64,000 bases of DNA from an uncultured delta proteobacterium (GTDB lineage: Bacteria > Desulfobacterota > RBG-13-43-22). Positions within the stretch are counted from its first letter, which is position 1. Each line of letters begins with the position of its first letter. The translations under genes and the position numbers were made by a program. The DNA lies in NCBI GenBank assembly GCA_963790475.1, contig CAWBOS010000010.1, forward strand, positions 352,001 to 416,000. Reading direction: 5' to 3'. The notes under the pieces are model-generated. The model was not told the origin of the DNA and did no database searches. It worked only from the letters and a program-made list of their open reading frames with translations. Positions 46,321 to 55,850 of this stretch are shown piece by piece.

Positions 46321-46480
46321 TAAAAGGTTGCTGAAAAAGGCCCATCTATCCGCCATGGCGGGATTGCCCTCATCCCTCCCCGCCTTTCGGCGGGGCAGGC
46401 TATGCGGCGTACCTCTGTGTACGCCTCATTCCTCGGAATTTCGGGCGCCTTGTATCTGGACCTTTTTGAGCAACCTTTTA
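46321..46480. mobile_element. MITE (160 bp), family 3
   Basis: TIRs TAAAAGGTTGCTGAAAAAGGCCCA / TGGACCTTTTTGAGCAACCTTTTA. Internal hairpins CCCCGCC-TTTC-GGCGGGG and GGCGTAC..GTACGCC. Confidence 0.85.
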
Positions 46481-46503
46481 AAAAATTGTTTTTACGCAAA
46501 TTG

Positions 46504-47727
46504 TTAAGTAATATTTTTTAGCACCAGAGAAACAAAGGTCCCGCCGGAAGAAAACCCGTTGATCAGGCCGAAATTGATGGGAAGGTCTATCTTTTTGTCC
46601 ATGACAAACCGCAGCGAACGGATCGGATTTTCAAGACCGACCGTGGGGGGAATGCTTCCCGCCTTTATCGATACGGCCATGGCCGCCGTCCTTATCCCCC
46701 CCGAGGAGAAGCTCTCACCGACAGCCCCTTTAATAGCGCTGATATAGGGTCGATCCGCAGCACTTCCAAATACGATGGACAGGGCCTCGGCCTCAAGGGC
46801 GTCCAGTCTGCTACCGCCGCTGGCGGCGGCCGAGACATAATCGATGTCGCCGGGGGCGATCCCGGCCGAATTCAGCGCCCGTGTAATCGCCAGGACCGGA
46901 CCCCGGGGATCTGAAGGCCAGTCGGTGGGCGGGGCCGGCGCTGAGCTCTGGCCCCACCCGGCAATTTCACAATAGGGTCTGACCCCGCGGGCCTCGGCCT
47001 GCGAGAAGGTCTCCAGGCATACCATCCCCGCCCCCTCGCCGACTACCGGTCCGTTTCGCCGGATGTCAAAGGGACGGGCTCCCTCCGGCCCCCCGTTGGC
47101 CGGGGAAAGGGCCTTAAAATGGGTCAGCACTCTAAAAAAGAATTCTGAAATTATATCTACTCCACCGGCGAACATAACATCGGCCCGACCTCGTTTAATC
47201 TCAGAAGCGGCGTAGACGATGGCGGTCTCGGCCGAGGCCTCATGGTGATTGATGGTTGAGTTGACCCCCCTGAAGCCAAGCTCGATGGAAGTATGGCCGG
47301 CTGGCGCGTTCATCACGGTATTGGGCACCTGAAAGGGACCGACCATCCCCGGGCCTTCGCTGAAAAGCACTCCGGCAAACTGGGCGGCAACGTCAGTGCT
47401 GCCGACGGCGGTCCCCAGGATAATTCCCGTCCGATCCCGGTTGGAGACGTTTATGCTAACCCCGGCATCCTCCAGGGCCATCCTGGCTGAAGCGGATGTC
47501 AGAGAGGAAGTCCGGTCCATCTTGCGAAGGTTTTTCACGGAGATGAACGCCCTGGGGCTGAAGTCCCTTACGGCCGCCCCCAGTTTGGAAGGAAAACGGG
47601 ACGTATCAAAAGTCGTAATCGGGGAGATGCCACAGTCTCCCCGGAGAAGTTTCTGCGAGAATGCATCCTTGCCAACCCCTAAGGGAGTGACCAGGCCGAC
47701 CCCGGATATGACCACACGGTCACTCAT
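46504..47727 (-). CDS. Catalytically dead ketosynthase (chain-length-factor-like)
   Basis: KS fold. Active-site Cys region reads HHEASAE; both His sites are replaced (VSAAASG, VGESFS). Confidence 0.85.
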   Translation of the reverse strand: MSDRVVISGVGLVTPLGVGKDAFSQKLLRGDCGISPITTFDTSRFPSKLGAAVRDFSPRAFISVKNLRKMDRTSSLTSASARMALEDAGVSINVSNRDRTGIILGTAVGSTDVAAQFAGVLFSEGPGMVGPFQVPNTVMNAPAGHTSIELGFRGVNSTINHHEASAETAIVYAASEIKRGRADVMFAGGVDIISEFFFRVLTHFKALSPANGGPEGARPFDIRRNGPVVGEGAGMVCLETFSQAEARGVRPYCEIAGWGQSSAPAPPTDWPSDPRGPVLAITRALNSAGIAPGDIDYVSAAASGGSRLDALEAEALSIVFGSAADRPYISAIKGAVGESFSSGGIRTAAMAVSIKAGSIPPTVGLENPIRSLRFVMDKKIDLPINFGLINGFSSGGTFVSLVLKNIT

Positions 47728-48967
47728 GGGTGATCCCTCTCGGGGTATAACTTCCCAAAACGATGGCGGTGTTGTTTCCGCCGAAGGCAAAAGAATTGGA
47801 AAGAACGATATTCAACTCCGTCTCCCGGCTGCCTTCGGTAACATAGTCCAGATCACATTCGGGGTCGTGTTCGGTCAGGTGAATCGTTGGCGGAATAAAA
47901 TGCTGAAAAATCCCCAGAACGCAAGCCACTGCTTCGATGGCGCCGGCCGCGCCCAAGGTGTGGCCCGTCATGGATTTTGTGGAACTCACCGGGATGTGAT
48001 AGGCCCGTTTGCCGAAAACCGCCTTGATCCCCATGGTTTCTATAGAATCGTTGGCCGGGGTGGCCGTGCCATGGGCGTTGATATAGTCCACCTGCTCAGG
48101 GGCTACGCCGCTGTCCTGCAAGGCGGCCTCTATACAGCGCACGGCCCCGGAAGCCTGGGGATCCGGAGCGGTCATATGGTAGCTGTCGCAACTCACCCCG
48201 TATCCGAGGACCTCCCCGTAGATGCGCGCTCCCCGCTTTTGCGCCTGGCTCCAGGCCTCCAGGACCATGATGCCGGCACCTTCGCCGAGGGAGAGTCCCT
48301 GCCGGTTTTTGTCAAAAGGCTTGCAATATTCCGGATCCACCGCCTGCAGCGCGTTAAAAGCAGCGTAAGTAATCCGGCAAAGGGGTTCGGCGCCGCCGGC
48401 GATAATAGTGGTTGCCGTCCCCTCCCGGATCAGATCCCTGGCATACCCGATGGCCGTGGCGCCGGATGAACAGGCGGTCATGAATGTGGTTTTGGGTCCC
48501 ATGAGCCCTAAGTTTGATGCGATCTGGTCCGCGGAAGAGGCGCAGCAGAAGGCCGAAAAACGCGAATAGCGGACGCCTTTGCCGCTGCCCTTGAGATATT
48601 GGCGATAGGCCTCTTCGCCTTCCAGCATGCCGCCGGCCCCGCCGCCGATAACAACGCCGGTATCCGCCTGCAGGACTTCCGGAAAAGGGAAAAGTCCAGC
48701 ATCGCTCAAGGCCTCCAGCGCAGCCGCCATGGCCATGCGGTCCGAACGAGACCTCCGCTTCAAGGAGAATTCGGGCGGGATTATCTCGCCGGGTACAAAA
48801 TTTTTAACTTCCCCGCCGGTATGGGTTCTGAAGTCGGTCGTATCAAAAACCGTGACCGGTCCGATGCCGCATACCCCTTGTCTTAGGGCTGCGCTGAATT
48901 TGGAGGCACTCCCGGCGACGGCATTGATGGTTCCCAGTCCGGTGATGACGACTCTTTCTTTTTCCAT
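47720..48967 (-). CDS. Beta-ketoacyl-ACP synthase (FabF/KS-alpha-like)
   Basis: TACSSG, INAHGTAT, TGHTLGA, SNSFAFGG. Confidence 0.92.
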   Translation of the reverse strand: MEKERVVITGLGTINAVAGSASKFSAALRQGVCGIGPVTVFDTTDFRTHTGGEVKNFVPGEIIPPEFSLKRRSRSDRMAMAAALEALSDAGLFPFPEVLQADTGVVIGGGAGGMLEGEEAYRQYLKGSGKGVRYSRFSAFCCASSADQIASNLGLMGPKTTFMTACSSGATAIGYARDLIREGTATTIIAGGAEPLCRITYAAFNALQAVDPEYCKPFDKNRQGLSLGEGAGIMVLEAWSQAQKRGARIYGEVLGYGVSCDSYHMTAPDPQASGAVRCIEAALQDSGVAPEQVDYINAHGTATPANDSIETMGIKAVFGKRAYHIPVSSTKSMTGHTLGAAGAIEAVACVLGIFQHFIPPTIHLTEHDPECDLDYVTEGSRETELNIVLSNSFAFGGNNTAIVLGSYTPRGITHE

Positions 48968-49020
48968 AAGAACTCAATAGGAACTATTTATGACAATAAG
49001 AATTTGCTTTTTGACAGGGG

Positions 49021-49049
49021 AGTATAAACTAAGGGGAAAATGGGGTCAA
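49021..49049 (-). promoter_or_regulatory. Sigma70 promoter for the KS operon
   Basis: Minus strand TTGACC-17 nt-TATACT. Confidence 0.55.
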
Positions 49050-49487
49050 GGCGAAAACGGGCGGAAACCAGGAGAAACCTGACTTTTTTGAAGGCCCGAC
49101 TTGAATGGGATCTTCGGGGAAACCGGCAATCAATCCGGCTGTGGATGCTACCGTTGCCATTTCCCTTCGGAAGCTCTCTGCTGGTCCTGGGGCGCAGGGC
49201 ATGATCCCACTATTGGTTTGTAATTAGAATGCAAATTCTGCATAATAAAGAAATTGTGGGGTCCGGGGAAATAGGGTGTAACGGCCCAACCCTGGAATTT
49301 TAAATGGCTTTTATAAATTACATGACCGCTTTATCTTAATGTGATATAAATATTGCCAATCCGGCCGGAGGAAATTTTCAACCTAACCTTTCCGGATTTT
49401 TCGGTTGGGCGCTTCGTCTATTCCCCTTTATCGAAAACCAAAATAACAAGATGAAATTGACTAGAATATTAAAGAGGTGTAAAGAGG

Positions 49488-50555
49488 ATGGAAACCATCA
49501 ACGGGTATCAGTTTGAAACAGGGATATACCGCCCCCCCAGCGAGGGCGGGAGCAATTCCCTTTTGATGCGGTTTACGCGAAACTGTCCCTGGAACCAGTG
49601 CACTTTTTGCGGGATGTATAAAGAAGAAAAATTTTCTTTCCGGTCTGCGGAGGAAATAAAAAGTGATATCGACTCGATAGCCGCCTTTTGTACCGGATTG
49701 ATGTCCATTTCAGTCGAACTCGGGTTCAAGGGCGAAATAAACCGGGCCGTTATCATGGAGATGATCCAAAGGGAACCGTACTTGAATACCCATTCCGGTT
49801 TAATCATGGTCTTGAACTGGCTCCTGTCCGGAGGAAAAACCGCCTTCTTGCAGGATGGCAACAGCCCGGGCATGCAAACTGAAACTCTGGTTGAGGTCTT
49901 GAAGTATCTTAGAGAGACCTTTCCATCTCTGGAAAGGGTTACCTCCTATGCCCGGTCTAAAACACTGGCCCGCAAAAGTCTGGATGATTGGAAGGCGATT
50001 CATCAGGCCGGTCTGGACCGGCTGCATGTCGGTTTGGAAACCGGGGATGATGCGCTTTTGAAAAGGGTCAAAAAGGGGGTCACTGCCGCCGAACACATCG
50101 AGGGGGGGAAAAAGGCCATGGAGGCCGGGTTTCAACTGTCCGAATACTGGATGCCGGGGCTGGGGGGCAAAGAAGGGTGGGAAGCCCATGCCCGGAATAC
50201 AGCCCTGGTCCTAAGTGCCATTAACCCCCATTACATCCGATCCCGTCCTTTTGTCCCTTCTCCGGGAACCCCAATCTTCGAAGAATTTGCCAGCGGAGCC
50301 AATCACACTTTGACCGGGGAAGAACAACTGCAGGAACTCAAGGTGATGATCGAGGCCCTGGAAGTCACTTCCAAGGTCTGTTTTGACCATGCGGGAAATT
50401 ACTGGTTGAATCGAAGGGGGCATCTGTTGTTCACCCAGGACTATGAGGGATATCGGTTTCCGGATGAGAAACCCCGGGTTCTGACCCTGATCGCTGAAGG
50501 CATCGAGGCCCAGAGAATCCGCCCCCGGACCATAAGATACGATTTCTTGCTCTAA
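49488..50555 (+). CDS. Radical SAM protein
   Basis: YRPPSE, CPWNQCTFC Cys motif, GLETGDD, DHAGNY. Confidence 0.88.
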   Translation: METINGYQFETGIYRPPSEGGSNSLLMRFTRNCPWNQCTFCGMYKEEKFSFRSAEEIKSDIDSIAAFCTGLMSISVELGFKGEINRAVIMEMIQREPYLNTHSGLIMVLNWLLSGGKTAFLQDGNSPGMQTETLVEVLKYLRETFPSLERVTSYARSKTLARKSLDDWKAIHQAGLDRLHVGLETGDDALLKRVKKGVTAAEHIEGGKKAMEAGFQLSEYWMPGLGGKEGWEAHARNTALVLSAINPHYIRSRPFVPSPGTPIFEEFASGANHTLTGEEQLQELKVMIEALEVTSKVCFDHAGNYWLNRRGHLLFTQDYEGYRFPDEKPRVLTLIAEGIEAQRIRPRTIRYDFLL

Positions 50556-50656
50556 GCATCTATCCCAACATGCATAAAATTTTGAAAAGGTCCAAGGGGG
50601 TCTTATGCTTGGGGATCATCCAAGATGTAGAAATTAATTAAGGAGGATAGCTCTAA

Positions 50657-52342
50657 ATGGAAATTAGTAAAACTTCGGAACCATTGCATTACCAATATTG
50701 GCCCAAGGGGGTACCCCGCATGGTCGATATTCCTAAAACCCCATTGGACTATAATCTTGAGGTTTCCGCAACCCGCTACCCTGAGAAAACGGCGATTTCC
50801 TATTATGGATCCCGCCTTTCCTATGCCCGGCTTAAATCAGAGGTCGATGCCTTGGCCGGTTATCTTCAACTGCAATGCGGGGTGAAGAAGGGCGATCGGG
50901 TAATCTTGTATATGCAGAACAGCCCCCAGTTCATCATCGCCTACTATGCTATCCTCCGGGCCGACGCAGTCCTGGTCCCGGCCAATCCCATGAACCTGAC
51001 TGAGGAAATGAAACACTATATTGAAGATTCCGGCGCCTCGGTGGCGATTTGCGCTGTTGACCTTTTCTCCCGCATCGAACCCCTGATGGGTCCGGGAGGA
51101 GTCGAACAGGTCATCGTAGCCGATTATGGAGAGTATGTCACCGAGCCCACCGATATCCCAATCCCCGATTTTATTCGCTCCGCCGTACCGGAAGCGGTCG
51201 GCCATGGGGGCCGCACCTGGAAAGAAGCGCTGACCGCCGGTTGCCAACCGGGACCCCACCTGGCGGGCCCCGATGATCTGGCGGCTATCTGCTATACCTC
51301 CGGAACGACCGGAAAACCGAAAGGCTGTATGCATACCCACAGCACACTCATGGCCACCACCGTATTACCCAGTATCTGGCAATATGGCTCTTGTGAGGAG
51401 GTATTTCTTGGCGTCGTACCTTTCTTTCATGTCACCGGCATGCAGATCCTGATGAACATGCCGATTTATCTCGGAGCGGAGATTGTGGTCATGACCCGCT
51501 GGGACAGGGAATTGGCCCTGGTTTTGATTGACCGCCATCGGGTAACCAACTGGACCAACATTCCCACCATGGTCATCGACCTCTTCGCCAGCCCCAATTT
51601 TAAGAGTGACAGCCTGAAAAGTCTGCGATATATCGGAGGCGGCGGGGCGGCCATGCCCGAAGCCGTGGCCGCCAGACTCTTTGAACTTACCGGGTTGTCG
51701 TACATTGAGGGGTACGGCCTTACCGAGACCGCCGCCCCGACCCACAGCAACCATGAATCCCGTCCCAAGCGACAGTGTCTCGGCATTCCCTTTTTAAACA
51801 CGGAGTCCTTAGTGGTGAATCCCAAGACTCTGGAACCCCTCGGCCCCAACCAGACCGGAGAGATCCTCTCCCGTGGCCCCCAGGTATTTAAAGGGTACTG
51901 GAACAATTCCCAGGCGACTCGGGAATGTTTCGTCGAAATCGGTGGGAAGACCTTCTTTCTCACCGGCGACCTGGGCTATTACGACGAAGATGGGTACTTT
52001 TTCATCGTTGACCGGTTGAAGCGGATGATCAATGCCTCCGGCTTCAAGGTCTGGCCGGCGGAAGTGGAGGCCATGATGTTCGGACATCCGGACATACAGG
52101 AGGCCTGCATTATCAGCACCAGTGATGCCCATCGGGGCGAAACCGTCAAGGCGGTCGTAGTCCTCAAGGAGAAGTCCAAGGGTAAAGTCACCGCCCAGGA
52201 TATCATCGGCTGGTGTAAAGAAAGGATGGCGGCCTATAAATATCCGCGGATCGTCGAGTTTGTTGACGAACTGCCCAAGTCAGGATCCGGTAAGGTCCAG
52301 TGGCGGTTATTGCAGGAAAAGGAGAATGCCAGGGGCAAATAG
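50657..52342 (+). CDS. Long-chain fatty-acid-CoA ligase
   Basis: YTSGTTGKPKG, EGYGLTET, TGDLG, LPKSGSGKV. Confidence 0.92.
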   Translation: MEISKTSEPLHYQYWPKGVPRMVDIPKTPLDYNLEVSATRYPEKTAISYYGSRLSYARLKSEVDALAGYLQLQCGVKKGDRVILYMQNSPQFIIAYYAILRADAVLVPANPMNLTEEMKHYIEDSGASVAICAVDLFSRIEPLMGPGGVEQVIVADYGEYVTEPTDIPIPDFIRSAVPEAVGHGGRTWKEALTAGCQPGPHLAGPDDLAAICYTSGTTGKPKGCMHTHSTLMATTVLPSIWQYGSCEEVFLGVVPFFHVTGMQILMNMPIYLGAEIVVMTRWDRELALVLIDRHRVTNWTNIPTMVIDLFASPNFKSDSLKSLRYIGGGGAAMPEAVAARLFELTGLSYIEGYGLTETAAPTHSNHESRPKRQCLGIPFLNTESLVVNPKTLEPLGPNQTGEILSRGPQVFKGYWNNSQATRECFVEIGGKTFFLTGDLGYYDEDGYFFIVDRLKRMINASGFKVWPAEVEAMMFGHPDIQEACIISTSDAHRGETVKAVVVLKEKSKGKVTAQDIIGWCKERMAAYKYPRIVEFVDELPKSGSGKVQWRLLQEKENARGK

Positions 52343-52343
52343 T

Positions 52344-53435
52344 CTACGGTTGCCTCCGAATCCGGGTTTCTTTTTTCCCTTTAAGAATCGCCAGGCCTAA
52401 TTCAAAAGTATTTTTGAACGGTTCTTGCCGGTCTTCCCTGAGGTGCAAGGTGAGGGATTCCGTCGGGCAAACAGAGGCACATAGACCGCATCCCAGGCAT
52501 TTATCCCGGTTTACCACGGCGGTTTCATCCACCGTTATGGCTTTGACCGGACAGCGGTTGCTGCACTCTTCACAGGCTAAACAAGTCTCTGCATCAACCA
52601 CGGCCTCGTATAAGGCGTTCATATATTTTTGCCTATTATGACCCTTTTGGACCATCCCTTTCATTGAGGCGCAGCAGCAGGGGCAGCAGTTGCAGATATT
52701 AGAAAGATGGGTGGTGTTCGCCCCGGCATGAACCAATCCGGCTTTGTCCGTTTCTTCGAGAATGGTAATGGCTTCATCGGAGCTGATTTCTCTCCCCATA
52801 CCGTTTTCAATATAGTATTCGGCGGCGACCCCGAAACTTAAACAGGTCTCCCGAGGATAGTCGCAGCCGTGATCCATCAGGCGGGTCTCTTTCCGGCAGA
52901 CACACTCGGCCACGGCGATTTTTCTGGCGGCCCGAACTTCCTCTTTGAGTTTTTCAAAGGGAAAAAGTACCAGGTCCGCATCGATATTTTGGGTAATAGG
53001 GATGACCTTGAATCCGGGGACATCGCTGGCGCCCATTTCCTCCTGGTAAGCTTCATCATAATACTGCCGGCAAAGCAGCGCCAATTCTCGGTCCATTTTT
53101 TCTACTGAATATTCATACAAACCGATCATAAAGGGAGCGAGACTGTAAAGCGTTTTTCCCTGACGTCGAATCCTGAAAATGAGGCCTTTTCTTGACATGG
53201 TTGCGAATTTTTCTTCCAGACCATCAATGGGAATATGGTTCCGTTCCGCGACCTGGTGAGTCTCTTCGGGAGTTGGGGTCAAAAGCAGTGCCAGTTCGGC
53301 CTCGGATTCGGAAAACAATTTTTTAAGTATTTTTAGTTCAACACCCGACTGGGTTTCTGGGAATCCCAGAGGCAACCGGTTTAAATAGGCCCGTAATCTC
53401 TCATACGGATTCTTCAAAATCATTTTATCTTCCAT
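52344..53435 (-). CDS. 4Fe-4S binding protein (N-terminal HTH-like region, Cys-rich core, 2x[4Fe-4S])
   Basis: CVCR, ICNCCPCCC, CLACEECSNRCP, CLGCGLCASVCP. Confidence 0.88.
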   Translation of the reverse strand: MEDKMILKNPYERLRAYLNRLPLGFPETQSGVELKILKKLFSESEAELALLLTPTPEETHQVAERNHIPIDGLEEKFATMSRKGLIFRIRRQGKTLYSLAPFMIGLYEYSVEKMDRELALLCRQYYDEAYQEEMGASDVPGFKVIPITQNIDADLVLFPFEKLKEEVRAARKIAVAECVCRKETRLMDHGCDYPRETCLSFGVAAEYYIENGMGREISSDEAITILEETDKAGLVHAGANTTHLSNICNCCPCCCASMKGMVQKGHNRQKYMNALYEAVVDAETCLACEECSNRCPVKAITVDETAVVNRDKCLGCGLCASVCPTESLTLHLREDRQEPFKNTFELGLAILKGKKETRIRRQP

Positions 53436-53519
53436 AATCGTCTCCCCTTCCTTTTTGCAATCATACCGGCTGATTGAAAAATAATCAAATTATTCTCAAA
53501 ACCGGAAAGCCGATAAATG

Positions 53520-54044
53520 TTATTCGGGTTTTCTGCAGACCAGCTGGGCGATGGACCTCCGGGGATTTTCCTGTAACCCTTCAAAGTAATGGATCACCTC
53601 CCAGTCCTTAAACCAATTGAACAATTCCGCACGTTCCAGAAGATGATCGGGATTATGAGGGCGGCCGTAAAGGGGTTGTTGGCTGGAAAAGGTCTCATAG
53701 ATCAGGATGCCCCCCGATTTTATTCCTTTTTTAATATGCGGTATCAAAGGGCGATGGAGGTAGCGGAAAACCAAAATGGCCCGGTATTGGTGTTCTTTCA
53801 GTGGATTTTGATCGATTTCCAGATCGACCTCCCAAAAAGTAACTTGGAGCCCTTTCCCTTCCGCTGCTTTCATGGCCTTTCTCAATAACTCGGGGTTTCG
53901 ATCGGCCAGGATCACGGGAATACCAAGTCTGGCAACAAAAAGACCGTTTTGTCCTCTACCACAAGCCAAATCCAGAACCGGACCCTTTAGGTCTTTTCCC
54001 ATGAGGAGGGGGGCAAAGGATTTTAGCAGTGCATCAGGGGTCAT
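53520..54044 (-). CDS. Class I SAM methyltransferase (TehB-like)
   Basis: VLDLACGRGQN, FRYLHRPL, GGILIYETF. Confidence 0.85.
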   Translation of the reverse strand: MTPDALLKSFAPLLMGKDLKGPVLDLACGRGQNGLFVARLGIPVILADRNPELLRKAMKAAEGKGLQVTFWEVDLEIDQNPLKEHQYRAILVFRYLHRPLIPHIKKGIKSGGILIYETFSSQQPLYGRPHNPDHLLERAELFNWFKDWEVIHYFEGLQENPRRSIAQLVCRKPE

Positions 54045-54406
54045 TTACTATCACCTGGTTCTTGAAAAAAGTTGACGTCTGTTTCCCTTGTTCCATTCTG
54101 CTTCTTAAAAACCGATCTAAGCAGAATTTAAAGGTTTCCGATTGGAATCAAAAATATCTATAAAAATCAATAAAACATATCCAATCGATCAAGTCAATCT
54201 CCCTGGAACAAAACCTATCCGAAAGTTCAAATTATATTTTGTTCTCGAACAAACCCACAGGTTGACATTTGATCAAAGAAATGTGTATATTTTTTATAAA
54301 TGTCGTAAGAGGACCTCCCCCCTATTCCTCATATCAGAAAGTCGGGAGGGTAATTAGAAAGCTTCATTGAATCCATTAACTCAGGTGAAATTATAGGAGG
54401 TACGCT

Positions 54407-55684
54407 ATGGCCAAGGTTCAAGTATTTGAAAATAAAAAACCCACCCTTGGTATTAACGGGTTGGGCAGGATTGGAAAGTTGACGCTGTGGAATCACCTGT
54501 GCCGGAAATATTTTCAGGAGGTCGTTGTCAATATCGGGCGGGAAGCGGGAACAGGGCTTGAAACCATTGCTCAGCGAATCGAAACCGACACGACGTATGG
54601 ACCCCTTCCTCGCTTTCTCTACGGGATCAACGCCCAAAGATTGATCGAAATCGTTGATGAAAAGACAGGGAAAATGGTTATTGACGGTATCCCGGTCACT
54701 ATTTTGAGGGAAGCGCGAAACCCGGCGGAGATCAAGTGGCGCGATTACGGGGTGGATATGGTGGTGGAGTGCACCAGTCAGTTCAGGGACCCCACGATCC
54801 CCCCTGATGATAAGAAGGGCTCCATCCGGGGCCATTTGGCGGCCGGGGCAAAGGTGGTTATCAATTCCTCCCCCTTTAAAATAAAGGATAAGGCCCTGCG
54901 CACGCCTGGGGATGCCATCACGATGATCTACGGTATCAACCAGGCTGCTTTTGATAAGAAAAACCATTTTGTGTTGTCGGCCGCCTCCTGTACCACTACG
55001 GGACTGGCCCATATGGTCAAGCCCCTGCTGGAAAATGAAGAGACCAACAAGATCCTTACCGCTTCCATGACAACGGTCCATGCCGTAACCAATTCCCAAG
55101 CCGTCCTCGATTCCCTGCCCAAGGCCGGGGAAAAGGACTTGAGAAAGAACCGGAGCATCCTGAATAATATCATTCTTACCTCTACCAATGCCGCAGCAGC
55201 TCTTGGTGAGGTCATCCCGGAAGTCAGGAACATCGGTTTTATGGCTGATTCCATCAGGGTACCCATCAAAACAGGATCCCTTATCGTCCTTAATGTCACC
55301 TTTCAAAGTAAGAATACTCCGACTGGGACGGCCTTTGAACTGGACACTGAAACCATCAACCGGATTTATCAGAAGGTCAGTGAGCGGGACCCGGAAAAAT
55401 TGCTCCTTTTTTCAATGCAGCAAAACGTCTCCAGTGATCTCATCGGGTTGAATGCCGCTGTGGTGATCGAAGGCCAGTTCAATCATACCCGGACTTCTTT
55501 TATCGATATCGACTGTGCCTGCATTCCCGGCCTGCCTCCTCAGACCCTTCCCTCCTTGGAGATCAATACCCTCAGGGTACCGGTGGTCCATGCCAAGATC
55601 TTCGGGTGGTATGATAATGAGTATGGGAGCTATGTGAATCGGTTGGGGGATCTAACGATTCACGTGCATAAGCAATTGACTTAA
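54407..55684 (+). CDS. Atypical long type I GAPDH-family dehydrogenase
   Basis: GINGLGRIG, SAASCTTTGL, TVHAVTNSQ, GWYDNE; 425 aa with insertions. Confidence 0.88.
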   Translation: MAKVQVFENKKPTLGINGLGRIGKLTLWNHLCRKYFQEVVVNIGREAGTGLETIAQRIETDTTYGPLPRFLYGINAQRLIEIVDEKTGKMVIDGIPVTILREARNPAEIKWRDYGVDMVVECTSQFRDPTIPPDDKKGSIRGHLAAGAKVVINSSPFKIKDKALRTPGDAITMIYGINQAAFDKKNHFVLSAASCTTTGLAHMVKPLLENEETNKILTASMTTVHAVTNSQAVLDSLPKAGEKDLRKNRSILNNIILTSTNAAAALGEVIPEVRNIGFMADSIRVPIKTGSLIVLNVTFQSKNTPTGTAFELDTETINRIYQKVSERDPEKLLLFSMQQNVSSDLIGLNAAVVIEGQFNHTRTSFIDIDCACIPGLPPQTLPSLEINTLRVPVVHAKIFGWYDNEYGSYVNRLGDLTIHVHKQLT

Positions 55685-55748
55685 CCGATACGGAAACGTA
55701 GAGGATTGAAAGAGTTCAAATTCTAAAGGAGATAATCAAAATTCTGAA

Positions 55749-55846
55749 AGTTCGGAGGCTTTAGTTCGGAGTTCGGAGTAATAAGTTCGGAGCAAAAAGC
55801 AATTTTTTATTCTGAACTCTGAACTCCGAACTAATAACTCCAAACT
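55749..55846. repeat. Inverted heptamer arrays (AGTTCGG / CCGAACT) between convergent genes
   Basis: AGTTCGG AGGCTTT AGTTCGG AGTTCGG AGTAATA AGTTCGG ... CTGAACT CTGAACT CCGAACT AATAACT CCAAACT. Confidence 0.85.
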
Positions 55847-55850
55847 GTTT

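Noticed and set aside
47396-48469. 357-aa plus-strand ORF, and similar long antisense ORFs such as 54329-55306, 5929-6711, 12476-13237 and 31248-31862
   Set aside because: Antisense shadows of well-supported genes; no recognisable motifs.
42990-49112. Direct 12-bp match TTGAATGGGATC (42990-43001 and 49101-49112) bracketing the KS cluster, as possible att sites
   Set aside because: 12-bp matches are expected by chance in 64 kb, flanking similarity is weak, and no recombinase is present.
54263-54277. FNR box TTGAC..ATCAA upstream of the long GAPDH
   Set aside because: Spacer is 5 nt rather than 4; better read as a -35 element.
55749-55846. CRISPR array interpretation of the short repeat tracts
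   Set aside because: Units are 7-8 nt and contiguous with no unique spacers; no cas genes in the window.
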